Source of the DNA: Octopus bimaculoides | Taxonomy: Eukaryota | Direction: 5' to 3' | DNA: 50,037 bases | Assembly: GCF_001194135.2 (NCBI RefSeq) | Contig: NC_068983.1 | Location: 80,151,586-80,201,622 of the forward strand | In this document: one piece after another, positions 49,998 through 50,037 of the stretch | Layout: every line of letters starts with the position of its first letter | Numbering within the stretch: the stretch's first letter is position 1 | Notes under the pieces: generated by a model | Database searches by the model: none | What the model was told of the DNA's origin: nothing | What the model saw: only the letters and a program-made list of their open reading frames with translations | Program-made: the position numbers and the translations under genes

Positions 49998-50000
<3 letters not shown>

Positions 50001-50037
<37 letters not shown>
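50001..50037. repeat. (TA)n microsatellite at window end
   Basis: Perfect TA run. Confidence 0.97.

Overview
AT-rich eukaryotic (animal) non-coding DNA, intronic or intergenic. It starts and ends in (TA)n and contains three N gaps (19016-19242, 25128-25503, 33068-33077). The repeat families look like those I recall from Octopus/coleoid cephalopod genomes; that taxon call is from memory and unchecked. I found no host protein-coding gene, rRNA, functional tRNA or CRISPR array that I can support. Almost every ORF in the track is a microsatellite, N-run or antisense-of-repeat artefact. The window is mostly mobile-element debris: several tRNA-head SINE families (my labels A/B, C, G), unclassified repeats (E, F), RTE-type LINE remnants and RTE-tailed elements (D), an R4/Dong-like LINE 3' end, a mariner transposase remnant, a pogo/Tigger-like fossil with a nested mariner-type MITE, and a hairpin MITE. 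The most interesting structures are: a mariner element with two 3' ends in inverted orientation (38330-39207), a double-hairpin MITE (30814-30932), and SINE arrays joined by (AAT)n tracts with the same C-E-C order at two loci. Boundaries of decayed repeats are approximate. No clearly new biological system is demonstrated.
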